A stretch of DNA of 33,732 nucleotides from an uncultured virus (IMG/VR IMGVR_UViG_2061766007_001539) (IMGVR_UViG_2061766007_001539); one strand, 5' to 3'; shown: positions 16,834 to 27,811, numbered from the stretch's first letter. Made by a program: numbers and translations. Notes: a model not told the origin generated them from the letters alone.

Positions 16834-17394
16834 AATTAACTCCTTTCTTTANNNNNNNNNNNNNNNNNNNNNNNNNNNNNNNNNNNNNNNNNNNNNNNNN
16901 NNNNNNNNNNNNNNNNNNNNNNNNNNNNNNNNNNNNNNNNNNNNNNNNNNNNNNNNNNNNNNNNNNNNNNNNNNNNNNNNNNNNNNNNNNNNNNNNNNNN
17001 NNNNNNNNNNNNNNNNNNNNNNNNNNNNNNNNNNNNNNNNNNNNNNNNNNNNNNNNNNNNNNNNNNNNNNNNNNNNNNNNNNNNNNNNNNNNNNNNNNNN
17101 NNNNNNNNNNNNNNNNNNNNNNNNNNNNNNNNNNNNNNNNNNNNNNNNNNNNNNNNNNNNNNNNNNNNNNNNNNNNNNNNNNNNNNNNNNNNNNNNNNNN
17201 NNNNNNNNNNNNNNNNNNNNNNNNNNNNNNNNNNNNNNNNNNNNNNNNNNNNNNNNNNNNNNNNNNNNNNNNNNNNNNNNNNNNNNNNNNNNNNNNNNNN
17301 NNNNNNNNNNNNNNNNNNNNNNNNNNNNNNNNNNNNNNNNNNNNNNNNNNNNNNNNNNNNNNNNNNTGTATATAATAAGAAAGGAATATATTTT

Positions 17395-18093
17395 ATGCAA
17401 GTACAGTATGAACAGCAGAGTGAACATATTAAGACAATCACTCTCACTAAGACCGATGGAGAAGCAAGATGTGCTCATGATGTAACAGTAAAGTTTGATA
17501 TGATCAAGAGAGCTCGTCTTACTACAGAAGACAGACAGTATCTTGGTATTATAAGAGGAGATGTATATTCAGCTTGTAATGGAACAGACATAGAAGAGAT
17601 ATATGTAATCTCTGAATGGTCTGACTATGCATTTGATGAATGCTTAGAGATGGTAGAGGACTACATATACGATGCAAATCGTGCAGATGATAGCTATATT
17701 AATGAGGGATACTTCATTAATCCGGAAACAACTGCAATATTCTTTGTAGTAGGTACAGACTATCCATTTACTTGGCAGCATATAGGAACAGCTGCTAGTA
17801 AGGGATATATGACTGCTGATCAGTTAGTATGTCTGGAAAATAATCTGGTAATGGTTAAGACATCATTTACCACATATAAGTTTATGAATAAACTGAATAC
17901 ACTGATGAGTAAACAGGAACTGAGATCTGCTTATGATAAGATGGCAGAACGTGCTGCTATGAAGCATACACCTAAAGAGATATTGGATGACACGCTTGCA
18001 ATGCGTAAAGAGTATAAAGCTTCTCTTAATGCTGACACTGATACATCTGACATTGGTGTTGATATGACTGATGTGTCTTCTGATGAAGAATAA
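17395..18093 (+). CDS. Hypothetical protein
   Basis: 232-aa ORF with RBS, followed by a terminator. Confidence 0.75.
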   Translation: MQVQYEQQSEHIKTITLTKTDGEARCAHDVTVKFDMIKRARLTTEDRQYLGIIRGDVYSACNGTDIEEIYVISEWSDYAFDECLEMVEDYIYDANRADDSYINEGYFINPETTAIFFVVGTDYPFTWQHIGTAASKGYMTADQLVCLENNLVMVKTSFTTYKFMNKLNTLMSKQELRSAYDKMAERAAMKHTPKEILDDTLAMRKEYKASLNADTDTSDIGVDMTDVSSDEE

Positions 18094-18133
18094 TCAATAA
18101 TCTACTGTAAAATCTCTACACAACAAAATATAT

Positions 18134-18164
18134 GAACCCGCTCTCTACAAGCGGGTTCTTTTTT
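18134..18164 (+). terminator. Intrinsic terminator between convergent genes
   Basis: GAACCCGCT...AGCGGGTTC-TTTTTT. Confidence 0.75.
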
Positions 18165-18167
18165 ATA

Positions 18168-18470
18168 TTATAAGAATAACACTGTATATAGTATACCTAT
18201 TATTATACTGAGCTCTATGAAGTTAAGTAACCATATTAACTTAGGCTTTAACTTCTTAAATCTCCATTCTCTTAACATAACCTTCTTGTAATCTTTATCA
18301 GCATATTTGTGGTAATATAGCTCTTCTGGAGATATACCAGTATCAATATACTCATAAATGGTTTTATTTGATTCTCGTATTTTTACTAACTCCTCAAATA
18401 ACTCACCACGTTTGATTACAAGGGTACTTTCGTGTTCACAATGTTTAAAATCATTCTTCTTGTTTTCCAT
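18168..18470 (-). CDS. Hypothetical protein with C-terminal membrane anchor
   Basis: RBS GGGGAGG; hydrophobic C-terminus. Confidence 0.7.
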   Translation of the reverse strand: MENKKNDFKHCEHESTLVIKRGELFEELVKIRESNKTIYEYIDTGISPEELYYHKYADKDYKKVMLREWRFKKLKPKLIWLLNFIELSIIIGILYTVLFL

Positions 18471-18596
18471 ATCATATATTCCTCCCCAATGGATATAATT
18501 TTATCTAAATGTTTTTGTTATAGTATATTACTATGTATATATACTATTATAGTAGAAGAACAACAATTCTGTCATTATAGAAAGGATGTGATAAAT

Positions 18597-18932
18597 ATGA
18601 CAGATAATGAAAGATATGTTCTGAACAAGTGTCCTTATGAGTATGGGACAGGTTACTGTTCTATCCATGGAGGATGTATCCACAAGACATACATGCGTTC
18701 ATGTTCAGATCATAACCCATATGAAGGTCATAAATATGTAGGCGGTTGTGTACATGCAAATGGTACAGAAAGATGGTCAGATGAGGAAGTACCTATAGAT
18801 ACATTCAGGAAGCCTCATCCTGATTGCTGTAAAGAAAAATGCTCAGATACTGCTGAGCATTGGGCGGATTACTTTGCAAGAAAATGCGGTACTAACCCAT
18901 GTGGTGACTGTATATACAGCGAAGGTAGATAA
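18597..18932 (+). CDS. Cys/His-rich small protein
   Basis: Likely start MTDNER after AAGGATGTG; many Cys and His. Confidence 0.7.
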   Translation: MTDNERYVLNKCPYEYGTGYCSIHGGCIHKTYMRSCSDHNPYEGHKYVGGCVHANGTERWSDEEVPIDTFRKPHPDCCKEKCSDTAEHWADYFARKCGTNPCGDCIYSEGR

Positions 18933-18939
18933 TCTATTT

Positions 18940-18973
18940 AAAGAACCGGTTGTCAGAGAACCGGTTCTTTTTT
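18940..18973 (+). terminator. Intrinsic terminator
   Basis: AAAGAACCGGTT...AACCGGTTCTTTTTT. Confidence 0.75.
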
Positions 18974-19030
18974 GTCAGTTCAACATCCTTATAATGTATT
19001 TATACTATATATACAAGGAGGAACAGAGAC

Positions 19031-20786
19031 ATGTTAATAGATGAAGCTATGGTTATTGTTAATAGAGATTCTTATAGAGAGTATTTAGAAGAAGCNNNNN
19101 NNNNNNNNNNNNNNNNNNNNNNNNNNNNNNNNNNNNNAAAAGTCAATACTTGTCCGGAAGTTACTAATCCAGTATTCTTTGAAGCCGGTGGTAGACCAAC
19201 AGATGATGGATTGTTAAGTCAGACATTATTTGGGATTACTAAAGCAGAACGATCCGGTATATATGGATGTGTAGATCTTGGAGGCAAGTTTATGCATCCA
19301 TTAGTATATAAGACTCTTATAAAACTGAATGGTAAGATAGAGGAAGTGGTTAATGGTACAGATTACTTCTCTATAGATAAGTCAGGTGAGTTAGTAGTAG
19401 ATCCAGATGGAGATACTGGTATAGATTGGTTAAGAAAGAATTTCGATCAAATAAAGTTTAAGAAGAATGACTCACCAGCCAGAAACTCTAGAATAGACTT
19501 TATCAATAAGTATAAAGGTATGATGTGGATAAGTAAGTATGTTATTATACCACCATATTATAGAGACGTGGAGTCTAAGGATAATGGATTAGGTGTAGGA
19601 GAGATAAATAAGTTATACTCTTCTCTTATAATAGCCACTAAAGCAGTAAAGGAAACTACTTCATATGGATTAACTTTATCTGATACTACTAAAGCCAGAG
19701 TACAGAATATATTATTACAGATATTTGATTGGTTTGGCAATGGTACTACTATAAACGGACAAGAAACACCTGCAATATTACCAGGTAAGTTAGGGTTAAT
19801 TAGACATGGGTTAATNNNNNNNNNNNNNNNNNNNNNNNNNNNNNNNNNNNNNNNNNNNNNNNNNNNNNNNNNNNNNNNNNNNNNNNNNNNNNNNNNNACC
19901 GTTTGTAATGTTTTGGTTAAGAAGATTCTTTGAGAATCAGTTTGCTGGTAGATTAGAGTATCCAATAGCAATCAATGATACTGATACTATAACAGTACCA
20001 TTATTGGATTATCAGATAGCATTCTCTGATACAGAATTGAATAAACAGATAGANNNNNNNNNNNNNNNNNNNNNNNNNNNNNNNNNNACCGCTTTATACC
20101 AATAGAACTCCCAGTAGATAAAGCAGCCTTTGCAGAGAAAGTAAAAAACAAAGAACTTAAGACTATATCGGGTAAACCAGTATCATTAAAAGACAGCAAG
20201 CCTCTATATATGACACTTACTGGATTTAAACTTAAGACTGGAGAAGAGTATAAGAAAGACAATACATACTTACCGGAACAGCGTTTAAACAGACCATTGA
20301 CTTGGTGTGATATATTCTATATGGCTGCTANNNNNNNNNNNNNNNNNNNNAATCACACGTTTCCCTATAGACTCATATCTTAATCAGTATCCTACTAAAG
20401 TAAATATAAAATCTACTGTAAAGACTGAACCTATGGTTATCAAGTTAGGATTTGATGATAATGAGAAGTTCTATAAGTGGTACCCTATGATAAAGTCAGA
20501 TGATATGTATACTAATACATCTCCATTATTTGAAGATACTCTATCTATATCAAATGGTTTAATAGATGCTATGGGTATGGACTATGATGGTGATACAGCG
20601 ACAGTAAAGCCATTATACACAATAGAAGCTAATCAGGAATGTGAAAAGATGTCTAAGTCTAAGGTACAGATAATAGGTATGAATGGATTTACTACTAGAA
20701 ACGTATCTAAAGAGAACTTGTTATGTTTGTATGAATTAACAATACAACCAGATGATTCTATCAAGTTTGTTAACCCAGAGTTTTAA
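19031..20786 (+). CDS. Phage multisubunit RNA polymerase beta'-like subunit, N-terminal half (broken by four gaps)
   Basis: PTDDGLLSQTLFG, VDLGGKFMHP, IIPPYYRD, GKLGLIR, PFVMFWLRRFFEN, RPLTWCDIFYMAA, ITRFP, catalytic MDYDGD; stops about 65 aa after DxDGD. The start is uncertain. Confidence 0.88.
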
Positions 20787-20921
20787 GTTTGTATATTATA
20801 ATTGTGATAATAAAACTCCTGTTCTATTATCACCAAAACTCCTTCAAGAAAGGAGGTGCAATCCATGGGTGAAGGAACAGGAGGATGCATAGGTGACTAG
20901 TCATCTATAAACATCTAATCA

Positions 20922-20960
20922 AATCCAGAGTACCTATTATGGTACTCTGGATTCTTTTTT
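20922..20960 (+). terminator. Intrinsic terminator, probably bidirectional
   Basis: AATCCAGAGTACC-TATTAT-GGTACTCTGGATT followed by a T-run. Confidence 0.8.
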
Positions 20961-21516
20961 ATTCTTTATCTTCTTTCTTATCTTTTTCTTCTTCGTAGAT
21001 ATGTGACCAATCAGATGTTGCTGGATCTTCTGGGTCGGCCTGTGCTACTTCAACAGTTTCTGTTGCTGTATTTGTTTCTTCCTTCTTAGGTTCCTCTACC
21101 ACTGGAGTAGGTTCTGAAGTTGCTGGCTTTTCTTCAACTACTACAGGTTCTTCCTTCTTAGGCTCTTCTACCTTCTTAGGAGTTGACTTGCTCTTCTTGT
21201 TGTTTTCTTTGATAGATTCGAGTGCTTTAGCATTCTTGGTATTCTTCTTGTTAACAGCTTCGTTTTCTCTCTTGTTCTCTAATTCATTCTTATATGTAAG
21301 GAGAACTTCACGATAGTTGTTCTGGTTGAGTATTACATTGTTACCATTGTCTTTATGTAATACTACTCTTGCGAATGATGCTAAGCAGTTAGCTATCTCT
21401 GGAATAGAGAGCTTCTTTCTGATTGTACCATAACGGTTTATGTTAGGATAGATATTGAGTACTGGGTAGTTCTTAGTCTCCACAGTACACATAAACTTAT
21501 TTACCTGAAATGCCAT
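20959..21516 (-). CDS. Hypothetical protein with K/E/P-rich tail
   Basis: 185-aa ORF, RBS AAGGAGG. Confidence 0.75.
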   Translation of the reverse strand: MAFQVNKFMCTVETKNYPVLNIYPNINRYGTIRKKLSIPEIANCLASFARVVLHKDNGNNVILNQNNYREVLLTYKNELENKRENEAVNKKNTKNAKALESIKENNKKSKSTPKKVEEPKKEEPVVVEEKPATSEPTPVVEEPKKEETNTATETVEVAQADPEDPATSDWSHIYEEEKDKKEDKE

Positions 21517-21548
21517 TGGGATTTCCTCCTTCTTATATTATGTATGTA

Positions 21549-21931
21549 TTATGCGATATCGTCCATAAGAGCATCAAGATCATCGTCATCGAAGTATGAG
21601 TCTATATCTTCATAGTCAGTCTCATCTTCAATATCAATACCTTCAAACTCATCGTTATCATCGAGTTCATCTATAGTATCCTGGAAGATATCATCTTCAT
21701 CTTCGATATCATATTCTCCGTCAATAGCTTCATCTAATAAAGCATTGACTTCTTCATCATCTTCCAGATACTGAGATTCATCATCATACTCAGCATCTAT
21801 AGCTAAGTCAGTCATNNNNNNNNNNNNNNNNNNNNNNNNNNNNNNNNNNNNNNNNNNNNNNNNNNNNNNNNNNNNNNNNNNNNNNNNNNNNNNNNNNNNN
21901 NNNNNNNNNNNNNNNNNNNNNNNNNAGACAT
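21549..21931 (-). CDS. Extremely acidic protein (gapped)
   Basis: ATG at 21931 after AAGGAGG; D/E-dominated sequence after the gap. Confidence 0.65.
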
Positions 21932-21957
21932 ATAACTGTTCCTCCTTTATATATGTA

Positions 21958-22422
21958 TTATGCATTGTAGTTAGCATCAGTGAATGAATCATTGTATAAT
22001 GATCGCTGTTCATAACCATCCTCCAATGTATCATCTTCATTCTGTTGGAAATCATCATTGATGAATAATTGGAATTCTTCCGGGTTAAGTTCTCCTAACT
22101 CATCCGGTGAGATATAGTCTGGGTCAAAAGAGTTAATATACTCAAGATCAATCTTGGATGCATTCTCCATTGCATCATTCTGTACTTTCTCTAAAGTATC
22201 AATACGTTCCATTACTTTATCTAATATATATGTAAATGGTACATCTCCCTCAGTATCATCTTCATATATACTATTCTCGTCTTTCATTACGTCTATACAT
22301 AATGAATCGATATAATTATCTATACAAGTGAATATAGAATCAGAGAGTTCTTCATCTGCAACTACATAATCCTTAATGAATTCTTCCATTAAGTCATCTG
22401 TAGTAATAGCATTCTCAAACAT
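21958..22422 (-). CDS. Acidic hypothetical protein
   Basis: 154-aa ORF, RBS AAGGAGG, AACA-N6-TAA upstream. Confidence 0.75.
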   Translation of the reverse strand: MFENAITTDDLMEEFIKDYVVADEELSDSIFTCIDNYIDSLCIDVMKDENSIYEDDTEGDVPFTYILDKVMERIDTLEKVQNDAMENASKIDLEYINSFDPDYISPDELGELNPEEFQLFINDDFQQNEDDTLEDGYEQRSLYNDSFTDANYNA

Positions 22423-22455
22423 GATACATATCCTCCTTTCATTATTATATGGATG

Positions 22456-23691
22456 TTAAGATAGCATGTTTTGTACACTACCTTCTATAGCTTTTATTAT
22501 TATAGGTATAGAGTAGAACATGTCTACTGTAGGAGCAAGTTTGATATTCTCTAATACCGGTAATATATCTTCTGTAATAGTCTGTCCATTCATATACTCT
22601 ATTATGATATTCATATATGCATTGTCTGACTCTGTATCAAACAGAGTATTGGACTTTACTTTAGATATCAACTCACCTGATATAGGGAAGAACTTGTATA
22701 TACCATTACCATTATAGTCAATCATATAATACTGTTCTACTACAGTAGAGAATAATGAGTATTGGTTCTTTATTGGATTAGCTACGCAAGAACTGGTAGA
22801 GAACTTATTAGGCTTACATTGCTCTATAGCTCTGAATAAAGTAGTATCATACTCTATAGAGAAGGTTCTTGGTACAGGTACTTCATGATGTACATAGATA
22901 TACTCATCTGAACCGTTTAGTATATTATTCCTTATAAGGAACTCTATCATATATGGATCATAGAGTTTACCATATGGGCCTTGATAAGTGAATGTCTGTA
23001 CTGCATCATTATAGAATAATGCTATATAAGAATTCTTTAATCTGGATAATANNNNNNNNNNTTCCATTGCATCATTCTGCACTTTCTCTAAAGTATCAAT
23101 ACGTTCCATTACTTTATCTAATATATATGTNNNNNNNNNNACAGCAGACATATTAGTACCTACATTATTGATAATCATTCTATAAGTTTCCACTACCTGA
23201 TTATCTACATTAGTCTTACCCGTCTGATCTACCTGAGCTTCAAACTTATATACATTATTACCATTCTCTATAGTATCAAAATCTACTTCTGTTACTCTAT
23301 ATAAGTAATCCTTACCGACTTGTTTTATATAGAAATGGTCTCCTTGATATGGTATCCATGTATTCGGTAATACTATACCAGATATCTGTGGTGGTGCTAT
23401 TATGGCACCATCTTCATCATATTCAAGATTGAACTCTATCTGGATGCCTTGTGCATAAAAGACTGCATCCTTAATGAGATTGAATCTGAATGGACTGGAC
23501 TTACCGATATCTGAATAATGTAAACCAGATATCTGTCCAATTGAAGATGCTTGTTTGTTTATATTATACCAATCAGATATAACCGGTGATTTGTTGTTGA
23601 AAGTGTAATCAGCAGACTTAACCTTATTGATCATACCTTTGGTAAGAGAATCTATTGCACTGGTATAAGACTTGTTAATAAACTTACCCAT
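22456..23691 (-). CDS. Putative virion structural protein (gapped; contains a misplaced 69-bp insert)
   Basis: Long ORF with RBS and AACA-N6-TAA. The structural role is inferred from context only. Confidence 0.6.
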   Translation of the reverse strand: MGKFINKSYTSAIDSLTKGMINKVKSADYTFNNKSPVISDWYNINKQASSIGQISGLHYSDIGKSSPFRFNLIKDAVFYAQGIQIEFNLEYDEDGAIIAPPQISGIVLPNTWIPYQGDHFYIKQVGKDYLYRVTEVDFDTIENGNNVYKFEAQVDQTGKTNVDNQVVETYRMIINNVGTNMSAXXXXTYILDKVMERIDTLEKVQNDAMEXXXXLSRLKNSYIALFYNDAVQTFTYQGPYGKLYDPYMIEFLIRNNILNGSDEYIYVHHEVPVPRTFSIEYDTTLFRAIEQCKPNKFSTSSCVANPIKNQYSLFSTVVEQYYMIDYNGNGIYKFFPISGELISKVKSNTLFDTESDNAYMNIIIEYMNGQTITEDILPVLENIKLAPTVDMFYSIPIIIKAIEGSVQNMLS

Positions 23692-23780
23692 TTGTACTTG
23701 CCTCCTTTACTTATATAATTATTATAGGTATGTTCAACAAGAAAAAATAAGACAGGGTGTGATGACCCTGTCTTATATGC

Positions 23781-23924
23781 TTACTTGCGATGCTTGTTCT
23801 TGTCTATATCGTCATACTGCCAATCATCTATATCATTATCAGACTCATTGTTATGCACAGCTTCATCTATCAATAATATAGCGATAATTATAACGATACC
23901 GAGTAATACTATCTTAGGAATCAC
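23781..23924 (-). CDS. 47-aa membrane peptide
   Basis: GTG overlapping the YopX stop; IPKIVLLGIVIIIAILLI; terminator at ~23747-23776. Confidence 0.5.
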   Translation of the reverse strand: MIPKIVLLGIVIIIAILLIDEAVHNNESDNDIDDWQYDDIDKNKHRK

Positions 23925-24421
23925 TTGTTATTTTCTTCTTTCTGTCTTAATATTATATTCCCTAATTTAACCTGTACAAGATCTTTGTTCTCTATAATAT
24001 TACCGATAATCTTGACAGATGTGAAATCTCCATATACATTCTGTATCATAAGTGTAAAGTCTTCCCAAGTGATTGGTGTATTATAATAATCGTATCCATT
24101 ATATCCGATATTATCATCTACTAACACAGCACTATAGAAATGTGCTTCTTTATTAAACCATACTAGATATCGTGTTTTTGATCCGTCGCCTCTAGTAAAC
24201 TCTAATACATCATCAGTAAATATAAGTACACCATTATCATCCTTATATCCTATGAATTCTCCGATAGTATTTTTATCTATCCATAATGATTCATAATAAT
24301 CATGTCCTAGTAAAGTTGCTATCTTATAATCATTATCACCGGCTTTAATAAGACTTCCAATAATCCATTCTGAAAACGAGCCTCCATGTATATGTTTGGC
24401 TCTAAAGATAATATCTTCCAT
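23921..24421 (-). CDS. YopX-family protein
   Basis: IIFRAK...EWIIGSL...TIGEFIGYKDDNGVLIFTDDVL...KIIGNIIENKDL; TAATG coupling to the primase. Confidence 0.85.
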   Translation of the reverse strand: MEDIIFRAKHIHGGSFSEWIIGSLIKAGDNDYKIATLLGHDYYESLWIDKNTIGEFIGYKDDNGVLIFTDDVLEFTRGDGSKTRYLVWFNKEAHFYSAVLVDDNIGYNGYDYYNTPITWEDFTLMIQNVYGDFTSVKIIGNIIENKDLVQVKLGNIILRQKEENNK

Positions 24422-25187
24422 TATTTGACCTCCCAATAAAAGTCAGAGATCTTCCATTCCGGTACTCCATAATCCTTCTCTGTTCCATAAGTATTGTTAT
24501 GGATATAGAATTTGTATGGGAAGAATGAATATCTCTTAATAATCTCCATTATATCCCCGTTAGATACATCCTTATCTGGAAACATATGTATCTCCAAAGA
24601 TGTGGATGCCAGATTAGTAATAATCCAATACATTGCTGTATCATAAGCTTTACCTTTACCTGCCATATATACACAATTGTCAATGGACTTTACTAAATTA
24701 TAACGTATTCCTAATACATCAAACGGACCTTCTGCTATATATACCCTTATAGGCTTAGTCAAGTCTACTGTGTTAGGTAATATATAGAAGTCATTGTCTG
24801 GTACNNNNNNNNNNNNNNNTATTTAGATTTGACTGCATCATGAAAAGAATCTGCCAGTGTAGACTTAAAAGCCAGATTCCTCATATTCAATGATGCACAC
24901 GACCTGGATAAGAAACCAATGAAGTACTTATTCAATACATCCATTGTTTCTTCTGGTCTGGTTCTATAATTGATCCTATTGTATTCCAATAAGTCATATA
25001 GATTTAAGACTATCTTATTCTGTATGATATCATCATATGTAAGATCTAACCCTAATCTATTATTGATATACTTTAACTTGAACTCAGATAACGGATTCTC
25101 TGAGATATAGTTATACTTTAAGTTATAAGTAATATCGTTAGACAGCCCTTTAGTAGTATAACCTGGACCTTTATTGGCTGCTAGTAT
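24421..25187 (-). CDS. DNA primase (TOPRIM), C-terminal part, gapped
   Basis: KYINNRLG, VYIAEGPFDVLG, MFPDKD, KDYG motifs. Confidence 0.8.
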
Positions 25188-25693
25188 NNNNNNNNNNNNN
25201 NNNNNNNNNNNNNNNNNNNNNNNNNNNNNNNNNNNNNNNNNNNNNNNNNNNNNNNNNNNNNNNNNNNNNNNNNNNNNNNNNNNNNNNNNNNNNNNNNNNN
25301 NNNNNNNNNNNNNNNNNNNNNNNNNNNNNNNNNNNNNNNNNNNNNNNNNNNNNNNNNNNNNNNNNNNNNNNNNNNNNNNNNNNNNNNNNNNNNNNNNNNN
25401 NNNNNNNNNNNNNNNNNNNNNNNNNNNNNNNNNNNNNNNNNNNNNNNNNNNNNNNNNNNNNNNNNNNNNNNNNNNNNNNNNNNNNNNNNNNNNNNNNNNN
25501 NNNNNNNNNNNNNNNNNNNNNNNNNNNNNNNNNNNNNNNNNNNNNNNNNNNNNNNNNNNNNNNNNNNNNNNNNNNNNNNNNNNNNNNNNNNNNNNNNNNN
25601 NNNNNNNNNNNNNNNNNNNNNNNNNNNNNNNNNNNNNNNNNNNNNNNNNNNNNNNNNNNNNNNNNNNNNNNNNNNNNNNNNNNNNNNNNNNNN

Positions 25694-25820
25694 CCGATAG
25701 CCCAGACATGTCAGATAATTGCTTCTGAGTAAGGTTTTTAGACTTTCGTATAGAGCATAACTTCTTACGAATATATTGATCTTGTAAGAAGCATTCTGTA
25801 TTATTAATCATCTTCATCAT
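25694..25820 (-). CDS. XRE HTH protein, N-terminal fragment
   Basis: LCSIRKSKNLTQKQLSDMSGLS. Confidence 0.7.
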
Positions 25821-27114
25821 CCTCCATATCTATGTTATTCTCATAATCAAATCCAACATCGTCAGATAATTCATCTGACCAATCATCTTTCTGATGAGAA
25901 TGTAACACCAGTGCTGCAAAGGTATGATTAGCATTAATAAGCATATCATCAGGAACACCCTTCTTAGGCGGATATATAGTGAATACAAAGTCTATTACTT
26001 TATTAGAAGTATTGCCTCCATCTTCATTTGCCATTGCTTCATCTATATCATCTGGTGTTATAATTGTTATATATGGTGGTACTTCTATATTACCGTTAGG
26101 AGCTCCTAGAAAGAATATATAGTCTCCGTCTTTCGAATTATCAATATACTCAAACATCTGGTCATATACACGCTCTCTCGATACAGGACCATAACCTGTT
26201 ATGAAGGATTCTCTCGGAAAATATTTGGTCATTATATGCTTAGACATTTTGATGAATTCATCTTCATCAATTTCTTCTTTAACAAACTTACTTATTACAG
26301 GACCAACCATCTGATTGAACTCGTGTTCTTTCTGTGCTATTAAAGCCTCTACACGTTTCTGTTCCATATTAGGATTAGGACCTTTATTAGACCGCATAAT
26401 AGGTGGTAAATACTTATCCGGTACTACCGGCAACTTATCATCAGGTGGTATTACTGTTGCAGTAGTAGGATTATACGTAGGTGGTGGTGTAGGATAACCA
26501 AACATTAGTGGTGGTATACCATTCTCTGCATGTAATCTATTGATATTATTCTGTGTTTCAAAGAGAGACATATATGGAAAGAATGGTCCCTTAGATATGA
26601 TATTATTAATATCATTCTGTACCTTTAATCTATCCATGATATTCTTCTTTATAACCATGCGTTGTTTACTAAGCTCTACATACTTTAACACTTTACAGCT
26701 TAGTTCACATAAGCATTTAATACCGAGATCAAGTATATCATTACCGGTCTCTTTATCTTTACAGAATACGATGTCTGCTTCCTTTTCTGGTAAAGATTTC
26801 TTATATGTACAGAGTAAGTCTAACAGTTTAGGTATTACTGAGTTACATGTATTCTGGTCTACTGCATCGAACTCTGTTACTCCATATATACATCTGATAG
26901 CAACTGCTTTATCAGGAGATATGTATGGAGTCAAGTATTTTGCGTTACAATCAAATACATCACCAGTATTAACAGATAATACAGTGTATGTATTCTCTTT
27001 TTGGGTTTCTCTGACTACAGTTACTAACGAGGTAGTTGCAGCCAGATTAGTTTCACATAAGACATCATAGATGTATTGCTCGCCTATGACTATCTCTTTT
27101 TGTCTGTTATTCAT
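25804..27114 (-). CDS. Hypothetical protein (436 aa) with Pro-rich linker
   Basis: Long uninterrupted ORF, RBS GGAGG. Confidence 0.8.
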   Translation of the reverse strand: MNNRQKEIVIGEQYIYDVLCETNLAATTSLVTVVRETQKENTYTVLSVNTGDVFDCNAKYLTPYISPDKAVAIRCIYGVTEFDAVDQNTCNSVIPKLLDLLCTYKKSLPEKEADIVFCKDKETGNDILDLGIKCLCELSCKVLKYVELSKQRMVIKKNIMDRLKVQNDINNIISKGPFFPYMSLFETQNNINRLHAENGIPPLMFGYPTPPPTYNPTTATVIPPDDKLPVVPDKYLPPIMRSNKGPNPNMEQKRVEALIAQKEHEFNQMVGPVISKFVKEEIDEDEFIKMSKHIMTKYFPRESFITGYGPVSRERVYDQMFEYIDNSKDGDYIFFLGAPNGNIEVPPYITIITPDDIDEAMANEDGGNTSNKVIDFVFTIYPPKKGVPDDMLINANHTFAALVLHSHQKDDWSDELSDDVGFDYENNIDMEDDEDD

Positions 27115-27194
27115 TGTTTAACCTCCGTTATGAAATTTATAAATAAAAGACCGGATGCCGTAAAGACATCCGGCCAATTTTATTCTTTAGTTAA

Positions 27195-27550
27195 TTAAAT
27201 AGCTAAGATAAATCTCAGCATCTCATCGATCACCACATCCGAATCAATCGGAATATCTACTCCATTGATATTCGGGTTCTCATAATCAATTACCTTGAAG
27301 CTACTAGACAATACTGTTGCGATTGTACTATTGATAGCTTTCATTATTTTCTNNNNNNNNNNCCATCTGTTAATCCAGTAATATCATATGTAATGTAGGT
27401 GTTGTCATTCTTGTTTGCGTTTATTTCATAAGATTGCGAATCATGCATTAATGAATATAATATCATGTGTTGGTCTACATAGTTTATTACATAATCAATC
27501 AAATTGGTTATACCGGTGATGCGTTTAGTGAAACTGATCAGGTTCTCCAT
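27195..27550 (-). CDS. Hypothetical protein (gapped)
   Basis: ORF from 27550; plausible continuation KIMKAINST...LRFILAI* after the gap, then a terminator-like stem. Confidence 0.55.
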
Positions 27551-27589
27551 GTTTCATTCCCCCTAACATCACACCTTCCTAGTTTGTTA

Positions 27590-27811
27590 TTAAGTCGCTT
27601 CCTCAATAGCGTCTTCTAAAGCATCAGCCTGAATCTTGTCTTGTTCATTCTTCATTTTTTCATATGCTATAGCATACAATACTTGGAACATGGAACAAGG
27701 CATCTCATATAACTCCATTAAAGATATTCTTCCTTTGTAATATGTAGATACCTGTTCCAAACGTCTTATATCTTTTTCATAAGACCCAGCTGATGTCTGA
27801 TAAAAAGCATA
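27590..27811 (-). CDS. Overlapping -1 frame ORF (candidate frameshift extension of the upstream gene)
   Basis: ...DIRRLEQVSTYYKGRISLMELYEMP...AIEEAT*; open for 73 sense codons with no convincing RBS. Confidence 0.55.
   Translation of the reverse strand, partial: YAFYQTSAGSYEKDIRRLEQVSTYYKGRISLMELYEMPCSMFQVLYAIAYEKMKNEQDKIQADALEDAIEEAT

Noticed and set aside
16836..17478. ORFs of 203 and 209 aa
   Set aside because: Almost entirely N.
19031..20786. Introns, inteins or frameshifts in the RNAP gene
   Set aside because: Frame changes coincide with N-runs of estimated length; no intron or intein sequence is visible.
23062..23130. Domain shared between 21958-22422 and 22456-23691
   Set aside because: A near-identical 69-bp copy flanked by gaps on both sides; a misplaced contig.
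24765..25820. HTH-primase fusion
   Set aside because: Joined only through ~500 Ns.
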